NCBI GenBank assembly: GCA_951406725.2 | Contig: OX597815.1 | Location: 177,754,001 to 177,818,000, forward strand | Reading direction: 5' to 3' | Length of the DNA stretch: 64,000 bases | Origin: Octopus vulgaris | Taxonomy: Eukaryota | Shown: piece by piece, positions 39,300-55,660 of the stretch | How positions within the stretch are numbered: the first letter of the stretch is position 1 | How the letters are laid out: each line of letters starts with the position of its first letter | The notes under the pieces: model-generated | Database searches by the model: none | What the model saw: the letters and a program-made list of their open reading frames with translations, nothing else | Told to the model about the DNA's origin: nothing | Translations under genes and position numbers: made by a program

Positions 39300-39715
39300 C
39301 TCGAACGAAAAAAGGTCTCTTGATGTGTTTCATGTGATTGAGTTACATTATCTTTCATAAAATTCACAAGACGGTTCTATCTAAAGGGCTATAGCAAAAT
39401 ACTCCAAGCTATCCATAAATGCAAGTTCCTGGATTATCAAGTAAAATGCGAAATGCTGCCATGGAAAGGGAAGATTGAAAGAATGCCCGCTATATTTCAT
39501 AGAACTATTAAGAATAGGCCATATGTTTTACTACCTATAGTTCACATCTTGCACATTTCTGGGTGGAAATTGAAAATATTTCCAGTGTTCCCAAGGGCGA
39601 AATAAGTAACGAGCACTGAATCCGCTGTAAGGACAGCACATAACATATCTTCTTCTAGCTTCATTTCAAATCACTCCATGAGAATCAAACAAATAGAGAA
39701 TCGTTTTATTTCAAA
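39300..39715 (-). pseudogene. Candidate relic exon (ZU5/UPA-junction-like)
   Basis: Acceptor ctttgcctag, then FEIKRFSICLILME*FEMKLEEDMLCAVLTADSVLVTYFALG. Confidence 0.3.
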
Positions 39716-40839
39716 CTAGGCAAAGGAGGTGATCTTTATATATAATAGTCATAGTAAAACGATTACACCTTTTTTCCTTAAATTCTAATTTCCTGTCTTC
39801 AGTTACTGTTTATTTGCTTTATAGCTTGCACATAAAAAAGAATGCTAATAAAACTGAATGAAACTGCCATAAATGATTTTATATCTCTTACCTTTGCTGC
39901 AATACGTCTCAACTGCCGACATAAATTCCTGTCAATTATATTCTTTCAGTAAGGAAAGTTGTGTTTTTTTTTCTTTTTTTGGTTTCTGTCAGTTACACCT
40001 TCCTTTTTTATTTGTTCTTTATTTTCTCACATTTGCATTTATTTATTTCATTTCCAATTACCTACTTTCAAATCTCTAAGAGGGTAAGTGCAACTGTTCG
40101 TAAAAGTTATTAACATGTCTTTCAAAATAAATCGCATCAATATACCGTTACTTTTATCGCATTTTCTGCAATTATATTCCTGCAAAACTTTCATTTATGC
40201 ATGTCATTTGACACTTTGATTAAATTCTTTCATTCTGATTGATATCCCCTGATAGCGATTTCTGTTTTGTCATTTCAGACCAACACAAAAAAATTATATG
40301 TAGTTAGTATCTTAATAAAATTTATATAAAAAAAATCTCATATCTATCTATAGATGACATTGATGGAGAAATTACGAATAAAATTTGCATAATGTACGTG
40401 CATAACAATTTCTACATTCACTCCATTATTTATGCATCTTATTTTTCATAATTCAACATAAGATCTGACATGGTTTTTGGTTGCTCTAGGTTTCCGTAGA
40501 TATTGAAATGGTTGAAAAAAATCATTCCTTTAGACTCAAATAATAAAAATTATAAAAGGTAGCATTTTAAAAACGAAATTCTGTGGAAAATGTACTAAAG
40601 CACATATATAATACAGCCAGTATATATTTTCAGATGCTTTAATAAAGTAAGATTCCTTTCCTGTGAAAAGTGCAATGCTGCTGTCCATCATGAGTAAAAA
40701 AAGACATGTTAGTTTGTTATAAATATAAGATATATATTCACTTGGGGAGTTCGAAAGGAATGATGTATATTGTTTTCAATCAATCAATCAATCAATCAAT
40801 AATAATAATCATAATAATAATAATAATAATAATAATAAT

Positions 40840-42940
<2,101 letters not shown>

Positions 42941-42958
42941 GTAATAATAATAATCATC

Positions 42959-43030
<72 letters not shown>

Positions 43031-43852
43031 TTAATAATGAATGATCAAGAAGGGAACCGAAAATTATATGAGAATGATCACTGGCTTACCATCCCTGCAA
43101 GAAGTGCAAAAGATTGTCTTAACTGGTACATCACACGTATTGAGAAGAGCATTGTCGATGTGAGAACTGTTGCTGCTCATGTATTTTAATTTAACTTAAA
43201 AAAAAAATTAACGAACTATTGAGTTTGGTTTAATGGCCTACCAATGAGTTTCTTTGGTAAGAAATGGAAGCAAATTTGAAAGAAGAAAAAAAAGTAATAA
43301 TAATAATAATAATAATAATGATGATAATAATAACAAGAATAATAATAATACTGATAAAAAATGATAAAAATATTGGTTTAACTAATTTTGTTACTACAGA
43401 TACTATAGACAACGCATCACTATCGCAACGTCGATTTATATAGTATAACACACTCCTGTTTACTGTTTCCCCATATTTACTGCAATTAAAGATAAAACTG
43501 TGGAGAAATGAAACTGTGCTGCGTACTTTCTAGGATTTTGCTCGGATCTTTTTCTCGTGATCTTTCTAATGTGAGAGTAATTTATTCATCGGAACTGAAA
43601 TTGTTTTACTAAAAAATATTGTCATGCTCCAAAGTCTATTATTATGAAATCAAAAACCCCCCAAAAATCAACATTAGAATATATGGGATATAAAACACCA
43701 AGAGACAGGCTAGAAATATAAATAATATTTACACTATCAAAATCAATAATTATGAAACCGACAATCATCGGCTAGACACGTTTGGGGAAAGGTTATACTA
43801 ATTATATTAAGGAAACCAAATATAGCAAAGATCTTTAACACTGTTTTTTGTG

Positions 43853-43897
<45 letters not shown>

Positions 43898-43924
43898 TAT
43901 ATATATATATATATATATACATAT

Positions 43925-43980
<56 letters not shown>

Positions 43981-44069
43981 GTGTGTGTGCATACATACTT
44001 ATATATATGCATATATGTATAGAGATATCATATGAATATAAATACTGCGAGAAAGCTTTTTTTTTGTGG

Positions 44070-44392
44070 TGGCACTCCGTCCGTTTCATCGACGAGGGTT
44101 CCAATTGAACCAATCGATCGAACAGCCTACTCGGGAAATTAACGTGCAAGTGGTTGAGTACTCCACAGACACGCTTACCCATAACGTAGTTCGGAGAGAA
44201 ATGCACCGCGACACAGAATGTGACAAGGCTGACCATTTGAATTACAGGCAGTACTCATTTTTATCCGCTGAGTGAATTAGCGAAAAGTAAAATGAAGTGT
44301 GCTGCTTAAGAAGACAACGAAGCAGCCGGGAATTGAACTCACGACTCAACGATTCTGGGATGAGTAGCTTAGGCACAATGCCGGCCGCCTTC
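44070..44392 (-). mobile_element. SINE family B
   Basis: Homologous to the copy at 30222-30400. Confidence 0.82.
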
Positions 44393-44859
44393 CAAAACTG
44401 TCTGGTCAAAAACTGTTGGTAAGGCAATAGCATAGACAAAGCTTGTGTAGATAAAGCAAGAAGAGACGAAAACCCTCCAATACAGTTTATTAACAAATGG
44501 GTTTAATGCACTTGGTCTCATATCGATACAAAGCAGAATTTACAAGATAATTGCTGCTATACAGCTCCAGTATCAAAGGCTGGTTATTTTACTATAATTA
44601 AGTCCATTAATGACGGGAATGGAATAGGATCTTTGTCATCGGGTACTTTCCAGCTGTTAGAAGTTTTCTGCTATTATAAATTCGCCAAATGAAAACAGGG
44701 AAACATTTTACATTTCACCATTTCAATGGAGAGTGGAAAGAGGAATTGGTCAAGCAGGTAATTGCGTGATTCTTCTGAAAATATGCACTCGTGGTCGTTC
44801 ACACGCGCACACACACACACACACACACATGCGCACAAAAATATGTGCATACACACATC

Positions 44860-44927
<68 letters not shown>

Positions 44928-45059
44928 GTAGACGTACGTATCTATAGGTAAATATTAATACATACGCATATAAGTATGGCGCACGCGCACTCATATATAT
45001 ATATATAAATACCTTCACATTTGTGTCAGTATAGATATGATAGCTGTTGCTTCCGTTTA

Positions 45060-45300
45060 GGATATTGTCGTCGCTCCTAGAATGGTGGACACGTGAGTGA
45101 ATTTTAAGCACGGTCCCATAGCTGCGTATTTTCGTCCAAACACCACTCGACCCTGAACACGAACACGGGGGTTTTAATCACGTCAGTGATGAGAATTACG
45201 ATGCCTGATCAAACCACTTTGAGAACGACAAGTTTTTCTACAGACACGCCAGACATGATTATCTGGCCCCCGATGCACATTGTCATGATCACCCCTCTGT
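45060..45300 (-). mobile_element. RTE-like 3' end with a C2H2 finger
   Basis: HVWRVCRKTCRSQSGLIRHRNSH* in ORF 45183-45395. Confidence 0.5.
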
Positions 45301-45404
45301 TTCTCTCTTACGACTTGCAATATTTTGTGATTAACCCCCACCAACCTATAGAAAGCAGTTTGTGTGCATATACGTGTGTGTGTACACACACACATATATA
45401 TATT

Positions 45405-45783
45405 TCATTTAGAGATAGTAGGTCCCTTCCTCCCACTATTTAAATAATTTTAATTTAATTTAATACTTACTACTCATTTCTCAGCCACACGTGTTTCTTG
45501 AGGTTCCTTTACGGTTCGTTAAACACACAGTGTTTTACAGGAACCTTTCTTAAAATGTAACCCCAATCATCAGGCCTCTAAATAATTGGTATCGAAATAT
45601 GATAAAGTTATTTAGCGGCCTGATGACTGGGCTTACATTTTAAGAAAGGTTCCTGTAAAATACTGCGTGCTTAAGGAAACGTAAAAGAACCTCAAGAAAC
45701 ACGTGTAGCCGAGATATGAGCAGTAAGTATTAAATTAAAATTCTTTTATATGGTGGGATGAAGGGGACTACTATCTCTAAATG

Positions 45784-45784
<1 letters not shown>
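45405..45784. mobile_element. Foldback element (arms about 180 bp) with a hammerhead in each arm, inside (TA)n
   Basis: tcatttagagatagtag.. mirrored by ..ctactatctctaaatga, with a spacer of about 20 bp. Confidence 0.85.
45616..45711 (+). ncRNA. Type I hammerhead ribozyme
   Basis: CGGC-CUGAUGA(45620-45626)-..CUCAA-GAAAC-ACGU-GUA^GCCG. The mirror copy at 45482-45577 has a GUG triplet. Confidence 0.75.
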
Positions 45785-45821
<37 letters not shown>

Positions 45822-46409
45822 ATGTGTGTGTGTGTGTGTTGTGTGTGTGTGTATGGGTGTGTGCACATGTATATGCATTATTAAATCTGCATATTCACGT
45901 GCTTGCGTGTTCATGTTTGTTTGTTTGTGTGTGTTTGTGTTTGTATTCATGTTTGTTTCTGTGTCTGTATATTTCTGTGTCTATTTGTGCGTGTACCTCT
46001 GTCTCCTTGTGTGTGCATATTTAAGTATGTTTGTGTATTGGTTTGTGTGACTATGTATGTGCATCTGTTATGTATGGATGTGTGACTCCATGTGGGTTCT
46101 TGTGTGATGTGTGCATGTGTGTATATGGTCATGCGTTTCATGCTTAAAAAAGCGCGGGTAAAATAGATGATTTAGCTTTGAAAAAACATGTGTAAGCGAA
46201 ATAACACTTACTCCGTCACCAATTAATTTTTTTGAGTGCAGGTCTAGATTTTAGAGACATCAGTAAACTGTTATATCGGCCGAAAGATGTTTCGGCCAGC
46301 ACGGCGGAGGTCTGTTGTTGATGAAAGGCAAAACACCGAAATCACAAAAAAAAAAAAAACACTTCCGTCACAGTAGTATTTTCGTAGCTCCTATAATGCA
46401 TTCGCGATC

Positions 46410-46638
46410 GGCGGCAAGCCGCCAGAAACGTTAGTACGCCGGGCGAAATGCGTAGCCGTATTTCGTCTGTTGTTACGTTCTGAGTTCAAATTCCCCCGAG
46501 GTCGACTTTGCCTTTCATCCTTTCGGGGTCGATAAATAAAGTACCAGTTCGCATGGGGTCGATGTAATTGACTTAATCCCTTTGTCTGTCCTTGTTTGTC
46601 CCCTCTAAGTTTAGCCCATTGTGGGCAATAAAGAAATA
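46410..46638 (+). mobile_element. SINE family A
   Basis: Matches the family A consensus seen in this window. Confidence 0.9.
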
Positions 46639-48860
46639 TATATAATACATTCCCGTTAAGTAAAATATAAAGGTTGCCATTTAACAATAGTAATTGTTCG
46701 GTGATTTTTACAATCTGCCAAATAGTTTCCTAGATCTCGTCTAACAATCAGCCCATGTGAAATGTTTAGCCAAGCGTTCATAAATTTCTCAATACGCATC
46801 AGTAACCTCTGAGTACAGCAGACCATTTTCCATACTATCAAAAATTATATACAGAGAATGAGTAAAGGAAATTGCATTGTTTTAGATCATGCCGTGAGTT
46901 ATGATACACTAGAAAAATCAGAACAACATGACACTTAGTGATATGGTATCAAGTCCATCCTCTCAGACTGTATTTATAATAATGCCGTGTGAAAGAACAT
47001 TCCACATCTTTGTCAGAGTGGTTTGATTTTGTTCAAATACAAGGTAAGGCAATACGTTGTACATAAACCAGAATACGAAATTTGATCTAAGAACGTGTGA
47101 AAAATGATGATTAGCACGGTGTTGCTGTAAATGTGAATATAGATGAACAGCAGTTTGAAAGTCAACAATATTAATAATAGATATTTAAGAATAGCAATGC
47201 AATCTAAACGGCATTGAGAAATCATTAAATTGCTTTTATTCTGACATGTATTCGCAGTGTTCATCCGGTCATAACAAGTAATCAATATCGCCATTACGGA
47301 CGTTTACATATTAGATGGCATTTAAAATGGGAGAATGATTTCTGCAATTAATAGACTCTGAGATATGTTAATAGTAACCGACAAAACGTGCACGTGCAAT
47401 ATATTTCAATGAATTTCGAAGCAATCATTGATAACACTTATCTTAAACTTTGTGATTATTTGCGTTCGTTTTACTCATTTATTTCCGCTCTTTTAATCAA
47501 GACATGGCACGGAAGATTGAACGTTTTGTAGTGGGTATAGAGTACTTAGACAGATTTATGTGGTGTATGTCAAAACAATATATTTATTAAAGTTAATTTT
47601 AGAATGATGCCTCTGTATGTTTCCTGTCTTATTCGCTTTCATATTTGGTGACGTTGCAACAGCTTTCAAAGTTATCTGCATTCTCTTAAATTGGGATATT
47701 TCACCTGCTTGAAATAGAGGAGAGTTCGAATACAAAGCTTTGTTCAGTAATGAGGGCCATTATGTGCTCAATTGATCTGCTCCCTTTTTTTTATATGTGC
47801 TGAAAAATATGTAAAAGTAACTCAAATGTTGCCATTATTTTGTTTTGTATCTTCACTTAAAAAAGAAAAGGAATTTAATGTGAAATTATCTTCAAAGATT
47901 GAATTATGAATTTTAAGAGTACAGACGTTTTTAAAGACAACACACTTTGTTAGATTCCAGACTTTCTATATTTATTACAGTTATGAAGTAACACTTATAG
48001 AGTAGATTAATCGTCATTTTAATCCGCGCTTTGAAAGAAGTTTCTATTAAATACCACCATGAGTGGTATTTAATAGATCTTACATTTTACCGCGTCACTT
48101 TTCGCTTATATAAGCATATTCTAATATTGTTGTATTGTAAATTAAGTATTCTCTAATACTTTCAATATCGCAAAAGAGAAATAAACATTCTATAAGCGAG
48201 TAGAGTGATTCATTTAAAAATACTGTTATTATATGCCAATAATTTTGTGGTGCGATGTGGAGGCGGAAACGTTAGCATACCTGACAAAAATGATTAATAA
48301 CATTTATTCCGGCTTAGTTTTGAATTTTGATGCTTTATGGGTCAATAGAATACGTAACCTTTAAGCCCCTTCTCCAAAATGTCAGGCCTTCTGCTTACTG
48401 TAGAAACGATCACATTTGTAAAAAGTGTGACAGATTAAATAGAATGGATGTTGCACAATCATGCATTCTCCTTAAAAATATACAGATTGAAATTAGGTAA
48501 AAGGACCTAATAATACAAATAGCAGAACTTTGATGAGGTTGACTCTGCGCCTTAAGCCATGTTACGTAGCTTGTGGGTATTCTAGGTTCAATTTACTTGA
48601 CTACTTGTATTTTGGATGAAAACTGCTGTGTGGATCGATTAAGGATTGGATTTGCTTGCCACCCGTAATGCTTATGTTTGCTTGTGCTACTCACTCAGCT
48701 CCTTGTTTTCTTTTCTCTTCCAGCAGTCTGCTCCCATTTATGTTGGCGTCTTCAAGTTATAAGTGCTTAGCATCTGATAATCCTACGATTAAAAAATTAC
48801 ACTAAAAGGAAATATTTCATATTCTATATATGCCACACAGGTTTCGAGATATATATCTAC

Positions 48861-48914
<54 letters not shown>

Positions 48915-51300
48915 GAGGATAGTTATTAAGGAAGGATTGTCAATGCAGGCAAAATAGTTTTTAAAGCTCTCTGTTAATACAAATACACCAGGATAGAAAA
49001 CTTTTAGATGACTAAAGAACCCTACGTATGGCAGGGTTCTTAGGTTATATTTCATCACCATTCTCCATTGTAAATTCATGATTGTATTCAGAGATACAAT
49101 TCTTTCGCACTGAGTGATGCACAAGACAAAGTGTAAATAATAGTCATCACACATTGCTTGGTTTTTGCAAATACGCAATAAGGAATATGTAAAGATCATT
49201 ATTTATACCTTCTCTTATATCCATGTGTGTGTGTGTGTGTGTGTGTGCGTGCATCTATTCAGTCCGTTATCCTTTCAGAAATTATGAAAATTACTCCTAC
49301 GGCACACAACTGAATTTGCTAGACGTACCGGCAATAGATCCGAATAATGCCCTCAGTACTCTACTATATCAGAAGGACACGATTTTAGTCAGTACTCTAT
49401 AAATTTAGTTTATGTAGTTGTATCTTTCAACTTAGATCCTGAGTAATTTAAGCATTTTTGAAAAATGAATGATCTCAGTACATTGTAAAGATATACTCGT
49501 AGGTGTACTTATGAGTTTATAAGGTGACTTTTCCTATAAATTTAATATCTTTATATGTATATTTCACACGAATCAGAATATATTATATAGATGCATGTGT
49601 ACAGAAACGCGTAGAACACTGAAATGAATACAATTTAAGCAAGAACACACTATCATCTACATCTAACAATGCACTACTAAATATCAAATACTTCATTCTG
49701 TTTTCAGCGCGATATAACAAAACATTATCTCTAACGTAAATCATAAGGTTTATTAATCTCAATAGAATATATAAGTGACGAGGAATAAGGAAAGAACTGA
49801 AGTTTCAGAGGCAGTTTGAAATCAGAAATTTAAGGTAGCGGATATTAAAGCTGAGCCAAATCCGATTAAGACAAACACTTCCGTGTTCCGTTGAAGACCA
49901 ATTTTATAGATAAATATGAAGCGATAGTATTTTTTCCGTACGTTAGAATTTTTTAGATGAAAAAGGAAATGCACCCTAAACGATATGCTAACTATATTAT
50001 ATTGAGTTCCTGGTTTACAATCAAAGTATTCGAACGTCGAATATATTTCTCTTCTAATGTTACGTATTTTAGGGAGTTCTGTTAATGGACAGGGAGTTGT
50101 CAAGGTCGGGCGCACAACCTTTGAAAGTATAATGCTTTTCATTATACCAGCTATATTCATCAAACAAAAAATATTTGCTGCAAAACTCAAAATTCAGGTC
50201 TAATATAAAACTGCTTTTACATGTCTTCTGTCATTGAAATCCACTTTAGGAGAAAGGAAAAAAAGACAGAATACGTGAGTTATCATGAATACTCTGCATT
50301 ATTTGAATATTGCGATTATTTTTTTTTATTAATAGCACGTCAATGGCTATATAGAACAAGGTAGGAGAATGAATTTTCAGCTATGATTAGCGTGTAAAGA
50401 TCACGAATGACGATTACATTGGAGCTGTATAAAAGAAAGATGAATTCCGATACAATAGCAAACACAGTGAATAAAACAGTCAATGGAAACAGAACAACTA
50501 CTTAGAGTTTATCGGATGAAACATGTCAACATAAATGGATATTTTGAGCAGAGCAAAACCATTATCGAGCTTATAAATATATGAAACTCCATTGCTAGAT
50601 ATGACAAAAAATATGTATAAACTTAGGTTGATAACTGTATTTATAAATTTGTGATGTGTAACATTGATAACACACCACACATGTAATAAAATGTGTTTGA
50701 TTTATTGTATTTTACTGAAAAACATTTCCCTCTTTCCATCGATGCTGAAAAAGGAAGTTCTTTTTGTTGGTTGATATCAGAACACAGGTAAATGAAGGAA
50801 AATTCTCTAATTTCATAGTCAGGCCTACATCAGGGAATTTCAAAGTCATCTAACATTAATGCATAAACAGAATCAGTTTAAGAAACCGAGGACATATTCT
50901 GTTGAAAGCCGTTTTATGCACATACGAAACTATAGCATTTTCACCATGTTCGAATTATCAGGTTATATCCACTGATGATGGTACAATCCTATAAATTGAA
51001 TAATAACGATGACATGCATTGAAGCAGGGTGATACGATATCGAGAGTGCTTTAAAGAGAAACGAAGCAAGTTATAGAAGATCACAGGTACACGTTTATCG
51101 ATTTCCGAATAATCAAAACGTGAAAAATCAACACCACGTCCCACGCATGGAAATGTACACATATATCCGGAAGTTAGCGTAAGGAATACATCATGAGCAC
51201 TGGAGATGGTAATTCTGTAGACTCTGCGATTATGAATAAAATCACGCAAACATGGTTGAACTTTCAGCGATGTTGGTCATCGGGAGTTCAGAATTCAACT
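48915..51300 (-). pseudogene. Cluster of candidate relic exons (ZU5-like by eye)
   Basis: Four same-strand ORFs in largely unique AT-rich DNA: 48789-49199, 49822-50190, 50498-50680 and 50989-51249, all globular-looking. Confidence 0.35.
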
Positions 51301-51434
51301 GATATTCTCACTGGCTAATCTTCAGAAAACGATTAACAAGTATATCCTGAAGCGTATGGTTAAGTATATACACACACATACAGAAACGTAAAATCACACA
51401 CGCATACACACACACACACACACATACACACACG

Positions 51435-51478
<44 letters not shown>

Positions 51479-51621
51479 AACAAACGCACAAACAAAATAG
51501 TATACTGGAAAGAACAGAGATTGTGTAATGAACATCATTGGCTTACAGTTGTTTCTGCAATGGGATGCAGTATATTCTTATTTCAGAACTGCATGCTTTT
51601 TCTACTTTTTAATGGGTAGAG

Positions 51622-51718
51622 TTTTCCCCGTTTAGTCCAACAGCTGTTTCTATAGGCTTGGTGGTCCGGAATAATAATAGTTACTTGGATAACACCGCCT
51701 TCGTCTTCAGGGGAGAAT
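51622..51718 (-). ncRNA. Type I hammerhead motif in a pLTR-like fragment ending at (CA)n
   Basis: CUCCC-CUGAAGA-..AGGCGGUG..CACCAAGCCU..-GAAAC-AGCU-GUU^GG, with palindromic CAGCUG. Confidence 0.55.
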
Positions 51719-52799
51719 TTCACATTGGAGAATTTTAAATTAGGTGTTGACAGGGACAGTTTAAAGATGGAATGATTTTGTGGTGAGTTAAGTCTGTTAG
51801 GAAGGGGAGATGGGGGTGTTTGGATAGAGAGTAGTGGGAGGAGAAAATAGATTTCAGAGTAAGGGTTAATAATGAGGCTAGTGGTAGTAGGAGAGGTTGA
51901 AGGTAGGAAGGAGGAAGGTTTGTTTAGGTAGTGAGTGATGACCTTTGTATGAAGGCTATAGAGTTAAAGGTTGAGATATGAAAAGGGCTTTTTATTAACT
52001 GTGGAAATTCATTGATTGGTTCATTAGCTAAGGGGAATCTATTCATGGCTCACGTATCAATGTGGAATTTTTAAGAATTAATTTTTATTTTTTATACTTT
52101 TGCACACCTGAATTCATGTTCCTAAAAGAACAGGAATTTGGGTTGTTATACATAATAAAAGAAACTGTGTCGTCCCTACTCCTCAAACACGGAATTCACT
52201 TAGCAACAACAACGACAAATGTTTTATTTGTAACGAAGTTAAATCAGCCTCATCACTCATTTGTCTGGAAAATTTAATTTATGGTGTATTAAATCACCAT
52301 TCTAGCAAAAAAGAATATTTCAGCACAATGACTAAGAACTCATTCTAAGCAGGATATCTTTCTGTGAATATTTCAAAGAGTGTAACCCATTCATATATCT
52401 TGTAACACAGACATGTAGTTTCTGTGCCTGTGGTACACTCAATGTTTGTGAGACAAATTATTACCCGGTATTATTATCTAATGTTAGATTTTCTTTCGTT
52501 TCAGGTGAGATTGCCTTCAGCTTATTCCTCAATTTTTCTGACGTGGGAATTTGGAAACTACTTGCATAAAGGTATCTTTAAAATATGAATCACTGAAAAC
52601 GACAGCCACTGCCTTGAATTCATTTACCAACTGAAATCATTATTTTATTAAAATCAAATGTGGTTGTCTACATTTATCCGAATCCTAATCTTTTAAGTAA
52701 AAGGTATCTGGTAATGCATTGGAATGCATCGATAATTTCCAGCTCCATGAATATAAAACGAAATCAATGTTCAATCAATTTAAACCGCTTATATAATAT

Positions 52800-53425
52800 A
52801 CTAGCTTAAGGTGACCCGCTCTACGCGCGGGTAAGAGTGTGGTTCTTACTTTCTGTTTTTTATCACCACATTCTCCCTCTTTGTTTCTCTCTCCTTTCTC
52901 TCTCACTTTCCCACTTTCCCACTTACTTTTCCTTTCTCTCGGACTCTCCCTCGCTTTCTCTTACTCTCTATCTTTCTCTATATATCTCTCTCCCATTTAT
53001 AAACAACACAAGATCTTGAGTAAGTTGAGAAAGTAAAATATTTTGAAAGATCAATCATAAATATCAGGCAATGAGAACGGAAAGGTCTGCTTCAAGGCAG
53101 ACAGCGAAACATTAACATTTAAAAGGGACAGACGATCTTGCGAGCTGAATAAAAAAAAAAAATTGGAAACCAAAGTTTGAAGGGATAGAATCTAAGGATA
53201 GTAGAGTCACCATGGCTAGCATTTGTTAACGACGGACAGCAACGTAGTGGCAGTTTAACGGCTGGCGTAAAATTTTGAACTTGTTGTAAAAGAAAATTTC
53301 TAAACACCAAGTTTTGAAGTGATTCTTTCTCACGACAGTAGACTCACCATGGCAAGCATTCAAAACTTCTTCATCATCGACAACACATTAACGATTTAAA
53401 GGCTAGCGCAAACGCATTATATATC

Positions 53426-53476
<51 letters not shown>

Positions 53477-54332
53477 ATTATATATACAAATGTATACATA
53501 GTATATATATATATATATATATAAATTAAATTAGAGATAAAACCACTATTAGGCAAATTAAACAGTGAAAAACATAACCCAAAACATAAAAATAAAAATA
53601 TAATGTACAAAATATATAAAATTTAAAAATTTAAATTATTTAAATTTAAAATTAAATTTATTAATTTATATATATAATTTTTTTAAATATATATAACTAT
53701 CAAAAAGTATTAAAAAGTTTAATATACATAAATACAGATATATACACTTTGTATATATACATCATATATACATATTTATATATAGAACACACACACATAC
53801 GCACACACACACATATATATAAATTAACCCAATAAATATCTGATTCATAATATTTGTTCTCATGATTGTGTGGTGGTGGTTGTGGCGATGATAATTCTCT
53901 CTATGAAGGCAGACAGGCGTAGAGAGAGAGAGTGTGTGAAAACGCTGTCGAAGGCGGGGAGGAGGGGGAGATTGAGGACGCCGTGACACGACGTCATAAA
54001 GAGAAAGTGAAGGTAAGGGAGATAGACGCTGTGAAACAACGCTATATATAGAAAGTGATGGGAAGGGAGGAAAGAGAATGAGTGACGGAGGAAGACAGAT
54101 GCATAAAAGAATGAGAGTAGACTTGTCACAGTGAGTTTTTGGCCCTAGCAACGACACCTTTTAAGATGGGGATTTCTAACGTAGCCCACTGGCATCCTCA
54201 CCTCATTTTACATGTCCCTGTAAATTTTGGAGTCAATCCGACGGGATCTAGTGGCCTTTAACCCGTTCTCAATGCCAAAATCAAACAAACAAAAAAGCAA
54301 AATTTCGCATTTCAGTTTTATAAATAGCGATT
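52800..54332 (+). mobile_element. Helentron/DINE-like non-autonomous element with internal microsatellites and inserts
   Basis: 5' actagc..gacccg..cgcggg hairpin; 3' aaattttggagtcaatccg..caaacaaac..ttttataaatag. Confidence 0.45.
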
Positions 54333-54893
54333 AGGGCATTGATAAAATATTTTGCCTAATTCTATCGATTTTGAATTTCACTTTAACCCTATTGTCCACC
54401 CCCGTTCTGTTGGGTTCATTTCCGTGTATTATCCAGTATATATGAAGGTATATGCATGGTCCCTTATACTTGTTATGTATTCCATTGGCCTAAACCTTAT
54501 ACACAATCACTGGCTGCAACCCCATACATCTCAAGGCTCATCAATCCTTCCCCTTTAAGTGTTGTAGGTATAGTATTCCTTGAGTTTTGGTCTATTTTGT
54601 TTCCAAGATATTCGTGTTTCGACGACATTTTGTTTCCAGTTTTCAACAATGTAGTGTCATTTCATTTATTAAGTTACCCTGTTCTAAAGGAAGCGAGGAT
54701 TACCTTTGTGACTTATTCAAATTCCTATATCATCCAAATTTTATAATAAACCGATTTCACTGTAAAAGTAACATCATTGAAGACGCAAACCCACGAAATA
54801 TTAGTGGACGTAACGCCGCTTAGCATTTTGCACGGCGTGCTAAACATTCTGTCAGCTTGCCGCATTGGGCATAGGATTAGTATTAAATAATTA

Positions 54894-54968
54894 GTATGTG
54901 TCATGTCTTGAGTCACATTTACAATAAACTCTGTTTATTGTAAATGTGACTCAAGACATGACACATAC
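54894..54968. repeat. Perfect 36-bp-arm hairpin with 3-nt loop
   Basis: gtatgtgtcatgtcttgagtcacatttacaataaac, then tct, then the exact reverse complement. Confidence 0.95.
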
Positions 54969-55287
54969 AACAAATAGGCATCCTCTGCATGATCACTGGG
55001 CCTCATAAAATAGCATTACAATGCCCTCAATCACTCACATACATCCTCTCTGAAAGTAAAAGAAAATTTTGGTATAATCATATATGTATGTATATTACTC
55101 TCATTACTCTTTTACTTGTTTCAGACATTTGACTGTGGCTATGCTGAAACACCGCCTTTAGTCGAGCAAATCGCCCCCAGAACATATTCTTTCTAAGCTT
55201 AGTACTTATTCTATCGGTCGCTTTTGCCGAACCTGTTGTCAAGTGATATTGGGGGACAAACACAGGCACACAAACGTATACATACAT

Positions 55288-55320
<33 letters not shown>

Positions 55321-55323
<3 letters not shown>

Positions 55324-55660
55324 GCTTTATTTAAAAGCAGCAGAAATATAGCGAAAGCTGTTACTCAGAGTTTCACGTCCCTGTTCGTCGGACAGTTTTG
55401 TTAAAAAAGAACAGAAATAACAATTTGGTCAAAACTAGTTAAAGGATACACATATTTAAAGGTGTATCCTTTAACTAGTTTTGACCAAATCGATATTTCT
55501 GAACTATTTTAACAAAACTATCCGACGAACGGGAACATGAAACTCTGAGTAACAGCTTTCGCTATATTTCTGCTGCTTTTAAATAAAGCATATTACTCTA
55601 CCTCTGGTATTTGAGTACTCTTTTTTCCATCTTGGTTCATATTTATGTGCTTAATCCGGT
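55321..55660. mobile_element. Foldback element (inverted repeat 55321-55592) with a hammerhead variant in each arm, inside (TA)n
   Basis: Arms of about 130 bp; CCGACGA..GAAAC-UCUGA-GUA^ACAG on both strands; same family as the 21.8 kb element. Confidence 0.85.

Noticed and set aside
46275-46350. ggccgaaa/tttcggcc hairpin and UUGAUGA..GAAA
   Set aside because: Too short and degenerate to call a ribozyme.
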